A stretch of DNA of 59,423 nucleotides, counting the filler, from Sphacelaria rigidula (Eukaryota), in assembly GCA_964200075.2 (NCBI GenBank). It is 7 parts of 7 records of this genome, joined end to end, with 100 filler letters (N's around TTAATTAATTAA, not from the genome) between each part and the next. Parts side by side here need not be neighbours in the genome. Positions count along the whole stretch, not along the records: positions 17,009 to 25,412 come from CAXNAA020011262.1; positions 25,513 to 33,915 come from CAXNAA020011263.1; positions 34,016 to 42,418 come from CAXNAA020011264.1; 4 more parts are not named here. One strand, given 5' to 3'. Below, piece after piece: positions 23,078 to 35,230 of this stretch. The number at the start of each line of letters is the position of its first letter. Positions within the stretch are counted from its first letter, which is position 1. The notes below the pieces were generated by a model, which was given only the letters and a program-made list of their open reading frames with translations, ran no database searches and was not told the origin of the DNA. The position numbers were made by a program, and so were the translations under genes.

Positions 23078-24149
23078 GGGACCAAGTCCCAAGTCGACAA
23101 ATTACACAGCTGAACAACAGTTTTGACAATGCAAAACTGGCATTCATCTTGCGCGCGACCCTTGCTCAGATTAGGAAAAAGTCATGAACCAATAAGGCTA
23201 CTTCCAAAGAACGAAAAAACCATCACACTCAACCCCACGTCGTTGCCCACAAATGCTCGTCACACAAGCGCCCTGGGCCGTAGTTGACTCGTGCCTAGGA
23301 TCAGGTTTGCGATGACAAGGCGTGGGTGGCCCCGAACATAATGAAAAAAAAATGTTGCGCACGCTGGCGAGCTCTCGGTAGAGACTTGCCTGTGAGCGCT
23401 CTTGATATCCTCATGTCATTCATTGTCCACGCTCGAAAAAAAATGGCACACAGCCACGAGTTTGAGGGGATCATATAGCGTAAAACTCGATGGGCATGAC
23501 AGCTGCCGCTGGTGTTATCTAGCACTCCAAAAAGAGGGTTTGCGGGAGAAGTAAGAGAAGCAGAAGACCCCATTCCTTGCATAAGGCACCTTGTAAAATA
23601 TTGACACAAAAGGACGCGGGATCATGATAATCTCCCTGTACCATGACAGTCTCCCGTGGTAATCTCCCACAGGACGAGATCATAATCTCCGATGGGGCGA
23701 GATCATAATCCACAGGCAGTGGCCAAACAAGACAAATTTTCATGTCCGTTCGCAGGGCAGCTATACCGTCACGAGCTCAAGGATTTGGGACCATAATATA
23801 GGGGAAACGGCAAGGGGAAACCGTCTCACACGATTTAAGTCACGGAGGTCGTCCCCGTCAAAACGGTCATGCTCCTGAAAAAAAAAAAATCGAAAATGTC
23901 TCTGCGAAGGGCTTGCAGCATGTTATAGAGTGCTTGAAGAAAAAATAAAATAAAAAAGTAGAATGGGACTATTAAAAAAAAAAGTGGTGTATACAGTATG
24001 TTCCCACCTCTCTTTTCATGTACAGGCATGTTTACGCTGAGAACCCCAAATTTGTTCATCCGCAATACTCGTACGTGCTTTACGCCGTTTTTTGTAGCTA
24101 GAATCGGAAAATTTGCACACATCACATCGCGTTCAAAGGACGAAGCTCA

Positions 24150-24382
24150 CAAGAGAAGGGCGACGCGTACACTGCGCCCAGTTGACGAGTTTTAGTGGGT
24201 TCGACCCCCACACTTGCCTTGAGCGAAACGTTTCCGAACGCTCGAGGCACCTACCCCACATGACCGCCGCGAGGCGGTCTAGCCGAGCCTCTGGGTAATC
24301 GACTCACGCACCCGTTCGCGTGGCAAGTGTTTGGCGAGGTTTCCCCCTTCCTTCAAGGAATATATATACATATATATATATA
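24150..24382 (+). mobile_element. Probable SINE (B-box-like GGTTCGACCC, (TA)n tail)
   Basis: 24240-24360 matches 42525-42665, which ends in poly(A). The 5' boundary is approximate. Confidence 0.6.
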
Positions 24383-24390
24383 TTACAGGC

Positions 24391-24647
24391 GAGCAATGCT
24401 ACCGTAGGGGTGCACTTCTTGAGCAAGATCTTGTCTGGTTCAGGGGCTCCTCACGATTCCAGATATACAAGAATATAGGTCAGGGCATCCACGCCTGCAA
24501 ATTCATTGGGGATATTGCTAGCACACTGTAACAGTAATCCTGGCGTACTCTCACATATTTCTCAAGTAGTGTTTTGGATGAGATGAAGGGCTCCTCAACA
24601 ATTCCAGCCTCAGAAAACATTTGTACATCCCTACCGCAGCATCACTC
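24391..24647 (+). mobile_element. Family-A MITE, 257 bp, 4-bp TSD AGGC (Sola-like)
   Basis: AGGC|GAGCAATGCTACCGTAGGGGTGCAC ... GTACATCCCTACCGCAGCATCACTC|AGGC. Confidence 0.92.
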
Positions 24648-25087
24648 AGGCCATCACGAAACTTTCGATGGACTCTATTAATCCTCTTCATTTCGTTTCC
24701 AGTTGTTGATGACGGTTTCAGGGTCCTGGCGGATCACGCGCCCCTTCTAGGACCCTCGATAACTCGTGAAAAAAACAATCGCCAATCGAAAGTTCATTTT
24801 TCTTGTAATGCCCCACAGTACGTATACGAGTATGTGTGCAAAGTTTCGGAGTCCAACTACAAAAACTGGCGTCAAGTTTTTTGCCTCTTCACCATGGTGG
24901 TACAAACTCCCAACTACATTACTTGATTTTTGTAATAAAAACTGTATGTCCTACATTTCTGCGTCTTTCACCCTTTTTCAGCGAGTATTTCCCCCTTGCT
25001 TCATCTCGGGTACATCCATCATGTGGATAATGACCATGATTGGATCCCTGGGGGACCCTGGGGGATCAGCGAAAGTACGACCATTAA

Positions 25088-25412
25088 CCCTTTTGGGACC
25101 GGGCCTCCAGAACGACCAATAAGGCTGGTCAGGAATGACGTGTCTGGCGTCTAACCGAAACAGTGAAGTGTTGCTGAAAATCCGCGTATGTAACCGCAGG
25201 GTTATGACGAAGACCGAAAATTTCATATAGTCTGTCTTCAGGTGCAGGGTGCGCGTTAGGTGGTGTACATCTGATGCAGCGAGCAGTATGTGTCGCGGTA
25301 GAGAGCTTCCGACAGGATGCGGCGACCGGCGGGCCGCCTGTCACTTGTGGCTATGGATGATACTATTGTCCCCATCACCTTACCACACAGCCCTTCGTGG
25401 TCGGGGAGGGCC
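25088..25412 (-). mobile_element. piggyBac-type ~1-kb element, partial copy (cut by scaffold end)
   Basis: TTAA|CCCTTTTGGGACCGG; reverse complement of 20960-21284. Confidence 0.88.
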
Positions 25413-25599
25413 NNNNNNNNNNNNNNNNNNNNNNNNNNNNNNNNNNNNNNNNNNNNTTAATTAATTAANNNNNNNNNNNNNNNNNNNNNNNNNNNNNNNN
25501 NNNNNNNNNNNNCTAGCTTTTCGATGTTTTCGGTGGACCGACTCGATCCGGATTATATAAGTGAAGACTCAATAAGGATTGTTTTTTGAAATTCTACCA

Positions 25600-26130
25600 A
25601 GTCCCTGCGCTCAAGCAGGAAAACTATGTTTCTTGGACCATTTGCGGTCAATAAGACCCTCGTGATAAACGGGGTCTTTACCCGTTATCGCCCCCACAAC
25701 ACCAACTTGGACGATTGTGATTTGAGCACGGTTTGCCTTTTTTGCCAAAACTATCGACGCTAACACTTTCGGGTGCTCATGGGAAATGTTATGCGAAAAC
25801 CCCCCGAAAATAGGCCATCCGCAGAAAATGCTAGACTGAGGTCTGTGCAGTATGGGAGGGAAATGCGATCTCGATCGTTATTGTGAAGAAATTTTAAACG
25901 TATCAATTTATCGGAATATTTATCGTTTCGTCGCTCAAGAGCGGGAAACTTGCTTATATTGAACCAAAAACGGTCAATAACACCCTCCTGATAAACGGGG
26001 TATCAAGTTCGTATCGCCCCAAAAACACCAACGTGAACACTGCAGTTTGAGCGCGGCCTACGCTCTCCCCCTAAATCTACCGGCGCTAGCACTTTCAAGT
26101 AATGGTGGAGAACGGTACTCCAGAAAAACT
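25600..26130. repeat. Diverged tandem duplication, period about 325 bp
   Basis: CGCTCAAG...CGGTCAATAA(G/C)ACCCTC(G/C)TGATAAACGGGGT...TATCGCCCC...AACACCAAC...CGCTA(A/G)CACTTTC at about 25608-25775 and 25932-26097. Confidence 0.75.
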
Positions 26131-27285
26131 CAGAAAAAAGGACAACTAACTACGAATTCTGAACACTTCGGATGCTGACTACTATACAGTAGTTCTAGCA
26201 TCGTGAACAGACAGTGCATGCAGTAGACGACACATACCATTTCAAGCACATACCTCTTCGCCCCACAACCCCGTGTTGTTTGCAGGCGCATCACCCGTAT
26301 ACGGTGCAGCAGTAGCTCGAAACTCATCATCTGCGGCATGGCGGTGTCCCATCACGTCCTTACCCCTCTTCGTGAAAGCGATCACTTTGTATGGATAATA
26401 TATCTGGGGGCGCCCACGATCGGGATCGTAGCAGTTGCGATCCTTCAGCGCGCCGGAGCCGTCGACTGAAGTTATGTCAGTAACGTCGGAAATCTCCTAT
26501 AGCCCCCCTATGTCGCTTTGTTTCCCTGTCCGCATGTAATGCTGGTGGTGCACTGTATTACACTGTCTTCATCCTCAGGTATGTTCAACCCCTGTATCCT
26601 GCCAGTGATGATCAGCATTAGTAGTGTGCTCGACAGAGATCGGTCGCCTTAGTCGGCAAGCCAGGCGGATACACGTGACCAGGGTGCTATGTTCTACTCG
26701 AGTACCGACAATATTGTGCTTTCTGATTCAAGAAGACCTAAGTATCTTCGACGGCAGTGGAATGTACTAGATTTGTTGTCGGTTGTATTCCATAACACTC
26801 CATCCGAATCACTGTAACATGCTTGGTATGTGTGCTGTGTACTGCGCTGTTCAGTTGTGCTTGCGTACAGCTGCGTATCTTCTTGGGATAGAGAAACGCA
26901 AACGGCAAGATCTGACATCGCAAGAAGTCTCGTGAAACTTCAATGCCTAAAACTCCTCCCCTGTTCCCACTCACTCAACAAACGTAATTTCTGGCTCTCG
27001 CGAGGCTCCCGCACAGACGAGACAGCCGAGGCAGGGTACCAAAACTCCTGTGGTGTGATTGCCGCTAAGAGAGCGGAGACAGAAACGAACACCCCCTGCG
27101 AGCATCGCAATTGTGGGCCTTGCCGTGCCTCATTGAAGGCATTCCATCGCGCTATCTCGTTGTTGTTTTTGCCAGGAATAGGGAACTGGAACTACCCGGA
27201 ATAGCACAGACGGCGGAGCGCGCAAACGGGGCCCCTAACTTTTGTTTTTCTACAACTGCTGCAGTCACGTGGCTAACGGAGAATC

Positions 27286-27327
27286 ATGGCGCAGGCCGTG
27301 CCCGTCATCTTTAGCGAGGCTCTCAAC
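27286..27327 (+). CDS. CHC: Clathrin heavy chain, exon 1
   Basis: ATG..AAC|gtgaga encodes MAQAVPVIFSEALN (compare MAQILPIRFQEHLQ). It is phase 0 and joins the exon at 33591 across a 6263-bp intron. Confidence 0.85.
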
Positions 27328-29341
27328 GTGAGAAGTTGTACCAGTTTTTGCAGCACTTTCCCCCCACCTGCAGTACTGACGAATCCCGCTTCGAAGCTGG
27401 TGGTGTCATTTTTGTTGCTCCTGTAGTGTTTTTGCGGTTATGGTCGAATTCTCTCGTCTTTATCCGGCAGAGGTACAAAGCAATGAAGGAACTCTTTCAC
27501 CACTTGGAACAGGAACCCCCTCTCACAAACCAGATGATAATATTTTTTCACGCTTCACCAGAAGGTTGGGTAGAGACACAAGACAGAACAAAAAACTGTG
27601 CATTTGTGTTGGCGTTTGACCTCGTTTGTTTGTGTACAACCAAGGTATGATTGTGTGCAACAAGTGCACTGGACGCTGCAGAAGTACTCAGCGTGTGTGC
27701 AGCTGTGTGCGTGGCCCAAGGCGCCCGTCAGCCTTCCGCCCGAACACTCGCATTGCACTAGCATGGTTTTCTGTTGATGCAGAATATCTCCTCCACGTAC
27801 TACTATTACAGTCAGTCGGAGCCGTTGTTCGAGAGCGTACACACAGAACACTAAACCTGCCCGGCACAGTACGCGCGATGCATATGCAGCAAATCCATTT
27901 GAGGCATTCGGTGGCCCAACAACGAGGCCGCAACTCCGCGATTGTCGACAACCGAACGACGGTTTACCCCCCTGTATTTGTTCGTGCCTGTCGTTAGGTT
28001 GCAACCGATGTGCATCCTTCACTGTACGTATACGAATAGCGTTCTTTGTGCTTACAGTCCGTATTTTTTTCTCTTTCTTTCCTATTGACCCGATCCCCGG
28101 GGCACGCGATTTTTGTGGAGACCCTGCCAACACCGCACGATTTGTGTTCGGGCTTGAGATTTGCGTGTCTTATATGAGTCGCACAATTCTTCTATGGTGA
28201 ACGTCTGAAGTACCACAGCCGAAAGCCAGACCCTCAGTTGGTTGTGTTGCGCATACTTTTCTGTCGTCCGTTGTCCCCCTGTGTTCGATATTTTGCAGGA
28301 AAGTGTCACGTGTTGTCTGAGTGTTATTCCGGTTATGATGATTCTTTCATTTCAAGGACTCCATATAATTTCGTAGTGGTTTTTGCAGCCGATTTTTTTC
28401 CGGTTGAGTGCCTTTTGTGCTGTACTTTTTGCATTTGGTTATTCTTACAGAGACGTGTGTGACCGGAATGCGTCCTTAAATATTTGTGTCGAGCTTTGCC
28501 CGGCCAGAGGCGTGTTCCTTATCGTGTATTGAAACCACGTTTTTTGGGGTGATGAGCGGGTCGTGCGTTATTTATCATTGTGCAACCGTTGCGTCCTCTC
28601 AACACAAACGGCATGAGAAAATGTTGATTTTGGTGTTCCTGTGGTATGACTTTGCTCCCCTCTGGAGAAACACCGAAAAGTGGGTGACCGATTGCGGGGA
28701 GTGTTAGTGAACACGACTCTCTGTACCGGAATGATGAACGACGTTCGAGTCAGCTTATTTTGCGCAAGGAGTGCTACTGTACTGTTGAACAGAAGACCAC
28801 ATAATTCCCCGAATACGGCACCTACGGTACTGGAACGTACTCCGTAGTGCGTTGCAACCTAAAGTACTCGGTACCGGCCTAGTCGACCTACTGTCCGGGT
28901 ACGTGAGGAGGGCAGTACAAGAGTATCTAGTAACACGGTACAACATTTGTAATGATGGTCCAAAACAGATGAGGGATGGCGAGGCAAAAAAAACAACCCT
29001 TGCGCTGGGACAGGACGTGTGTAGTACATGACACGCCACCAACGCGTGGTCAGATGGCCTTCGCAGGTCATCATTTGATATTGCCCTTATCTATACTGTG
29101 TTATGTTCAATCGCCCAGAAGTTCAGCTCTGGTTCCCGAGGATGTCGCAGTTTTACGCTGAATGTAAGGCGTTGTTCACGTTTCCATGTTCGAGCTAAGG
29201 TGCCCTGCCACTCATGAAAATCGAGTCCCGGCCCTCGATTACCGAAATCGTGCCACAACCGTGAGGTACCGAAGTCCGCTGGTCATTATCCAGATTAAGA
29301 TATGTTGGGATAGCCTTTCTTCCCACCCAACTCTGATGCCT

Positions 29342-29663
29342 GTCGCCCCGGTGGCTCAGTTGGTAACCTCGAAACCGTCCGACAGTTGGGTTGCTGGTTC
29401 GAATCTCGGAGCGACCCTTGAGCGATCAGGGATTTTTCTCACGCCCAACAGGGGAGAGTGACCATGTGGTGGGTACCACATAAGTCGACTTCGCGGTCGA
29501 TGAGTGAAGAGGACTGCTGAACTCCCCTCGCGATAAAAATATAGAGGCGATCACCGCAGAAGGAAGGTGGAGTTCGAAAACAAAACAAGAAGGAAGAGAC
29601 TCCCGTGTTGGCCTCCCTCTTGTGTGACCCCGGCTGGTGCGCCCACATATATCGAAAGGCGTA
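29342..29663 (+). mobile_element. tRNA-derived SINE, copy 1 of an inverted pair (clathrin intron 1)
   Basis: GTCGCCCCGGTGGCTCAGTTGG (A box) ... GGTTCGAATCT (B box). The body is homologous to the reverse complement of 29746-30035. Confidence 0.85.
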
Positions 29664-29745
29664 GACAACTCTACCGTTAATGGCAGCTCGTGAGTGCAGT
29701 TGTGTCTTGTGTGTGTTTTCATCCCATCTGCTCTGGACGCCAGCT

Positions 29746-30035
29746 TACACCTTTGCGTTATATGTAGGGGCATCAGCCGGGGTCACCTAGGAGGAAGGTC
29801 AAGCCAGGAGCTTTTTATTTTTATTTAGTATTGGAGTCGTGCGACCTTTTCTCTGCGTTCCTTGATTTTTTTTATCGCGAGAGAGGTTCAGCGGTTCCTT
29901 TCCTTCGTCGATCGTGAAGTAGAATTTTGTGTACCCACGACATGGTGCTCTCCACTGTCGGGCATGGTGTGGGGAAAATCCCGCACGAACCCACAACCTA
30001 ACCGTCGAGGTTACCAACCGACCCGCCGGGGCGAC
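29746..30035 (-). mobile_element. tRNA-derived SINE, copy 2 of the inverted pair
   Basis: The reverse complement reads GTCGCCCCGGCGGGTCGGTTGGTAACCTCGA...GGTTCG...CTCGCGATAAAAA...GTGACCCCGGCTGATG. Confidence 0.85.
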
Positions 30036-33000
30036 CGCTTCGATGGAAAAGCGGATGTGAAGCGACCGGTAAACAATTGAGCAAGCAAGTTCATGTGTCA
30101 TGGTGAGCACCCCATGCTTATTCCGGCCTCGTATGTACTGGATTACAAAGAGATTGCACTGTGAAAGTTTACGCGTGGCTCGTGAGTTTCATGCTATCGG
30201 CCGTACGTCAAAATTATAACATGTGGAACTGTAGCCCGCATGAAGAACGCGGAAAAAATGTACCCATCTTAATACACAGGCACAAGCGGATGAGCCGATC
30301 CCTTACGCAATCTCGTCCAGATCAAGTCGTGAAGACTGCTGCTTCATTGGGGGAGGCGGGGTAAAGCGGGTTGTCGTGCACGATTAAGGACAAACGCCTA
30401 CATGAGTCGAAGACACGAAATAATGCCCATACTGCCTGTCAACGCTGATGTACTGTCCCGACGCAGTACGGTTCTTTGTGTGAACTGCGGCGAGCTCGAA
30501 GCAGGTTTTCAGTACGGGCGCGTCAAGGCATGGCCCATTTTTTTTCTCACATTTCTCCTCTCCGATGTACAGTGTATCACCCTTCATGATCCGGTGGGCC
30601 TTGTTTTGTTCTGTCATACTTCGGGGATGAATGACAGCTGCAGACGAGGGGTATGTTGGTTGCAGCGGGTACATTTCAAGGGTCGGACAAATAATGATTC
30701 GTCTGGAAATTACTTGGTTTTAGTATCATGAGTCGACTCGTGACAAATCAACCCCTACGCTTTATTTCAGAGATGCAACCCAGGCACACGCAACACAGAC
30801 ACGTGGAATGGCGCAAACGTTACGTGGATACCCCCTGGACCAGCGATCAACTTTTTTTCTCCCTTTTGGGCAATCAGCTCAAGAAATCGTGAATTTGGTG
30901 GTTTTGAGTCGTGATGATCTATCCTAACCATGAATACCATTGAACACCAACGAGCGTGTTGTGTTCAACGGCTTGCAGCAGTACCTCCATTTGTCGTCTC
31001 GCGTCAACCCATTCGTCGCCAGGGGTGGGTCATACGGGAATCGCACCCATTTAATTAGATGAAACTCACGCTGACCTCAAGAGATTTTCCACCTTGGCCA
31101 TCACAGGGTTGAGTTTTGCAAAGATACAATGTCAGTGTCCATTCCTCTTTGCAAACGGGATACTGGTCACCACACGGGATACGTGTCATCTTTGTATACG
31201 GAATACAGATGTGAAATGTTTTCCGCCAAGTCATACCCTCGATCATGTTTTCGCGTGCATCCATGCCGACTGATGCTACGATAGGACGGGGGGTGTCTTG
31301 AGTACACGAACGACAGGGGCTCATGAGTGTGTCAGACGACCGAGCTACTCATGGTGTGCTTGTATCTGGATGAAAACGGTACCAAGTAGTTTGAGTGAGT
31401 GCATCTTGTTGGTAACAAGCGCGTCCAAACAAACGTTTCTGCGTTCAACGACGATTTGAGGCGGAATTTCGTGGAAGAAATGTCCCCACACCCCCTCCCC
31501 TGTATTGTAACGTCCCTCGAAAGCTGAGTCATTCCGCGAGATAACCGTTTGTCTCATCGCTCACCTAGCACTATCGCGTAGTGACATTTTGTCACGGGAC
31601 ACAGCCCCACCTCGTACACGTGACTTTTGACAATATTCATTGCCTCCATATAGCATGGGCATTCGTCCTTATCTAGTCCACGAACGTCTCGAGAGAGTTT
31701 CATGATCATACTCTTTTCTCGTAATGCAAGGCGGATGCTTTTGTTTCTTATTCCATCAACTTTGGAATCAAGCGTTCACCGTGATGGGCGGTGACACGTA
31801 AAAAATCGCGAGGAATAGCCAATTACAAAATTTGGCTAGTTTTCTTGCAGACCACCACTAATAAATGCCGTACACCCACCCACGCACGTACGCTGACCTC
31901 TCGAGTGTTTCGAATGAGTATCTCGAACTCTTTCGTGTACGGACGTGACCTATGAGCCCCTCCTTATTTTTTGCTGCCCAGTTTTCCCTATTGCAGCAAT
32001 GCGTCTGAGATCACGAACTGTCGGACAAGCGGCACATACCGCAGCCGAGTAAAGTAAATATTTGTTGTTCCGAGACTTCCCCGTGAAGCCTTTGAGTCGG
32101 AGAGACCTAATTTGGGGTGAGTATCCGTAGTGTATTGGTCATGATTTTCACTTCAAATTTGGCCGGAAATGGTGCAGATTCACAAGTGGACCCTGCGTAT
32201 AGACCAGGTTCTCACCCCACGGTTCGTGAGAGTCCGGTTTCAAAAGGGTTCGGAGTTTCTCTTGTCATCGTGTTTTTTTCACGTTTTTCTGCCACAGATT
32301 CCCTCCTCCCTAATCTTTTTCGGTGCTACATATTCCCAGTTACTGTAACAACAATGCTGCGGAAAGTCAACCGACGGCTCCTTCGTGCAGTAGTGTTGCA
32401 CGTCAACAATTTTCGAACATCGCTGTATCAGTCGCAGACATGGACGTTGTGAAGCTGGTGTTCGTCGAGGCTATTTCGTGTCCCGGTAGGCTTTCATTTG
32501 AGCAGGTCCATTTAATTTCTGCACCGCGTGCATATTATTCATGTAGTAATGGACTGTCATGTGCGTGTGTTGTCGTCCCATATATTCTAGCCCACACACC
32601 TGAGACTCGCAACTGTCTCACCCACACGGTCACAACACGTCTGTTCCGAAATGGGTTCAAGATACTTTAGCCGCAATCCAGATATGGGAAAATTTCATCT
32701 GCTTCTGCACAAAAGCTCGATTCTTTTCAAGCACAGAATTGAACCTCCTTCACGAGCGTGTGTGATCTTCTCAAGACGGTACGCACGATGTGGAAAATTT
32801 GTCAAACCTTCGTTGATCAATCTTGGGGATCTTTAGATTCCGCCCTGGACCATGGATCTTGTTGTCAAGGAATGTACTGCCTACAGTATGAAATCTTTTG
32901 TCCATGATAAGATATCTTTGCTGTTGTTGGAATGGTCTTTTGAGCGATAATTGAAAATATATATCGATTGATGGGTTGGGCGATTGATAGATTTCGATCG

Positions 33001-33094
33001 ATTGTCGAACATGATGAACTGATGCGCCACTAAATCCAGCTGAGTTGTTTTGGCGTTCGACTCAACTCAAGTTGTAAACGTTTACTCTATTTCA

Positions 33095-33350
33095 CACCCT
33101 GGTCTAGATGGTCAATAGATGCGATAGACAAGGAGTATACTGCATAAAGTATAGGCCAATTGCAACCGTTGCCGTTGGACAAAAGTCGCAGTAGACCTAT
33201 ACTTCATGTAGTACTTTTCTTATCTATTGCAACTACTGACCATATGCTTCGTTTTTTCCAAGGTGTGCCCTAGTTCATACCCTAGTCTAGATGATCCAAA
33301 GACGCAATAGACAAAACTGTACCGGGTAAGGTTTCGACCTACTGCAACTA
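33095..33350. repeat. Diverged direct repeat, period about 185 bp
   Basis: ACCCT(G/A)GTCTAGATG..C.A.AGA(T/C)GC.ATAGACAA at about 33096 and 33280. Confidence 0.65.
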
Positions 33351-33590
33351 ATGTCGGCTGTTTTCACCGCCAGTCGAGGTGAGTGATCTGGACCTCACGC
33401 TATTTTTTCTGGGGCAAGTGCTACCGATCCAACAACGTGACCCTCTCCGGCTGTTCCAAGGGTTGACACTGGCACATATTAGACCCTCACAAGACCGAGA
33501 CTGACGTGAAAAGCCCAAGGATTCTAACATGTTTCGTCCTTTTTCTATGCCTGCTTCCCTTGCCCTGCACTGTTTCCGGATGTTCCTCAG

Positions 33591-33789
33591 CTTGTGCAAA
33601 TCGCTGGTGTGGCACCCGAGTCTATCAAATTCGGCACATGTTCCCTCCAGAGCGACAAGTACATATGTGTGTGTCAGGGGGGCGAGCTGGTCATCGTGGA
33701 CATGACCTCGGGTAACGCTGTCAAGCGGTGGCCTATCTCAGCAGAGGCGGCCATCATGAACCCCATGTCTAAGATCGTAGCTCTGCGAG
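33591..33789 (+). CDS. CHC: Clathrin heavy chain, exon 2 (N-terminal beta-propeller)
   Basis: ttcctcag|...CGA G|gttagt encodes LVQIAGVAPESIKFGTCSLQSDKYICVCQGGELVIVDMTSGNAVKRWPISAEAAIMNPMSKIVALR. This matches the CHC motifs ESDKFIC, VVIIDM and RRPISADSAIMNP.SKVIALK. Confidence 0.95.
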
Positions 33790-34015
33790 GTTAGTAGTGG
33801 GGGGTCGTTGAACACGGATTTTCGAATGGAGGAGACCGGGGGCGGGGGGGGGGGGGGGGGGGAAGGGGGGGAAGGGGGGGGGGGATTCCCGAGGGATGCT
33901 TACGAGGATGTGACGNNNNNNNNNNNNNNNNNNNNNNNNNNNNNNNNNNNNNNNNNNNNTTAATTAATTAANNNNNNNNNNNNNNNNNNNNNNNNNNNNN
34001 NNNNNNNNNNNNNNN

Positions 34016-34111
34016 GTACTCATTTGTTGCTTGCCTTAGTCGTTTAACCATTGACCACGCATCCCTTTCGAGACGTTCACTTTTTGGGGGGGGACTATCG
34101 TAGAAAGTGTC
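34016..34111 (+). mobile_element. Short G/C-tract element fused to the terminal TIR of a family-C MITE
   Basis: GTACTCATTTGTTGCTTGCCTTAGTCG...TTTCGAGACG, then TTTTTGGGGGGGGACTATCGTAGAAAGTGTC (matches 50388-50417). Confidence 0.7.
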
Positions 34112-34980
34112 GTATGTACTGCATCATGTTTAGAACGCTCTTCACCATGCAATTGGCAATGGGGATTTGGCGTTCGGTACTTCCGCATCAAGCGTCTCAC
34201 CGTAAATAAGTCACACTCCTTCTCTATTTCTTCATTTTCTCATTCGACTGACCAACCGTCGACCTACCCGCTATGGTCGATAGATGGAAAACTGCAGAAC
34301 AACAAGGTACCAACGAAGTTTGTGGTGCTTGTGTTACTGTAGAGTACAGACTTCAATCGTACAGTCTAACTATACACAGTGTTTCTTTGTTATAAACTCA
34401 CCAAAATAAAAATAGTTATAGTATAAAAATACCCGGTCACGGCAAACCCCCAGATACTCCGGACAACTGGCGCACTCGTAGCCTTTTCCAGTTTAACTCC
34501 ACTTACAGTGAAAATAGACAGTATTAACTGGTCCAGTTCCCAACCCGATTGATGAAGGTGTTCGGTGTACTTTCTCACAGAAGGTGACACCATCCAAATT
34601 CAGCCTACCATTTAGCACACATGGAGAACAGTTCGCTAAAAGGGGACCTCCCACCTTCTTTGTGTTTACGCAATACAACTCACTTCTACATGCTGTACTT
34701 GCTTGTTCGCCTCGGTCCTGTATCCGAACTCTGTAGAAAATGCCACAACCACTAGCAGGCCGGTGGTTTTACCACGGTAAGGTTATCAAGGAGTACCTCT
34801 CAAGTTTCAGGTTTCGCTTCTTAGATGGACTGTGCAAAAGTGGTCAGCCGCCAAAAAATGCTTCAGACTAGCTCAGCTCGTAACGTGATTACCGTAAGTA
34901 ACCTTATATCCAACTTCTTGCTCTTTCCAGCCACTTGACATCATTGCTTCCAACACCCGTTGGTCACACATTCGCTCACG

Positions 34981-35230
34981 GACTGCTGCCGAGATAGCCC
35001 CCTCCCCGAACCGGCCAAAAACATGGACGGAGGCAATGATCATAAATGCCGTTAAAGCTGCTTTTGTGCTGCACGACGCGACTGATTTGGGCGTGATAGC
35101 TGATTTCGGACTGCTACACGTCTCTCATGTGGGCGAAATTGCTGCAAACGAGCCCAATAATGAGATTGCAGCCGGTTTGTCGGACGGTCCCCGGTGCACT
35201 TTTTGTGGGGGGACTATCGCGACATTGGTC
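34981..35230 (+). mobile_element. Family-B MITE, 250 bp, 4-bp TSD CACG
   Basis: CACG|GACTGCTGCCGAGATAGCCCCC ... GGGGGGACTATCGCGACATTGGTC|CACG. A second copy lies at 40202-40449. Confidence 0.9.

Noticed and set aside
29342-29416. tRNA gene
   Set aside because: A and B boxes are present, but the anticodon arm is poor and a SINE body follows that is shared with a neighbouring copy. The same applies to 11487-11560.
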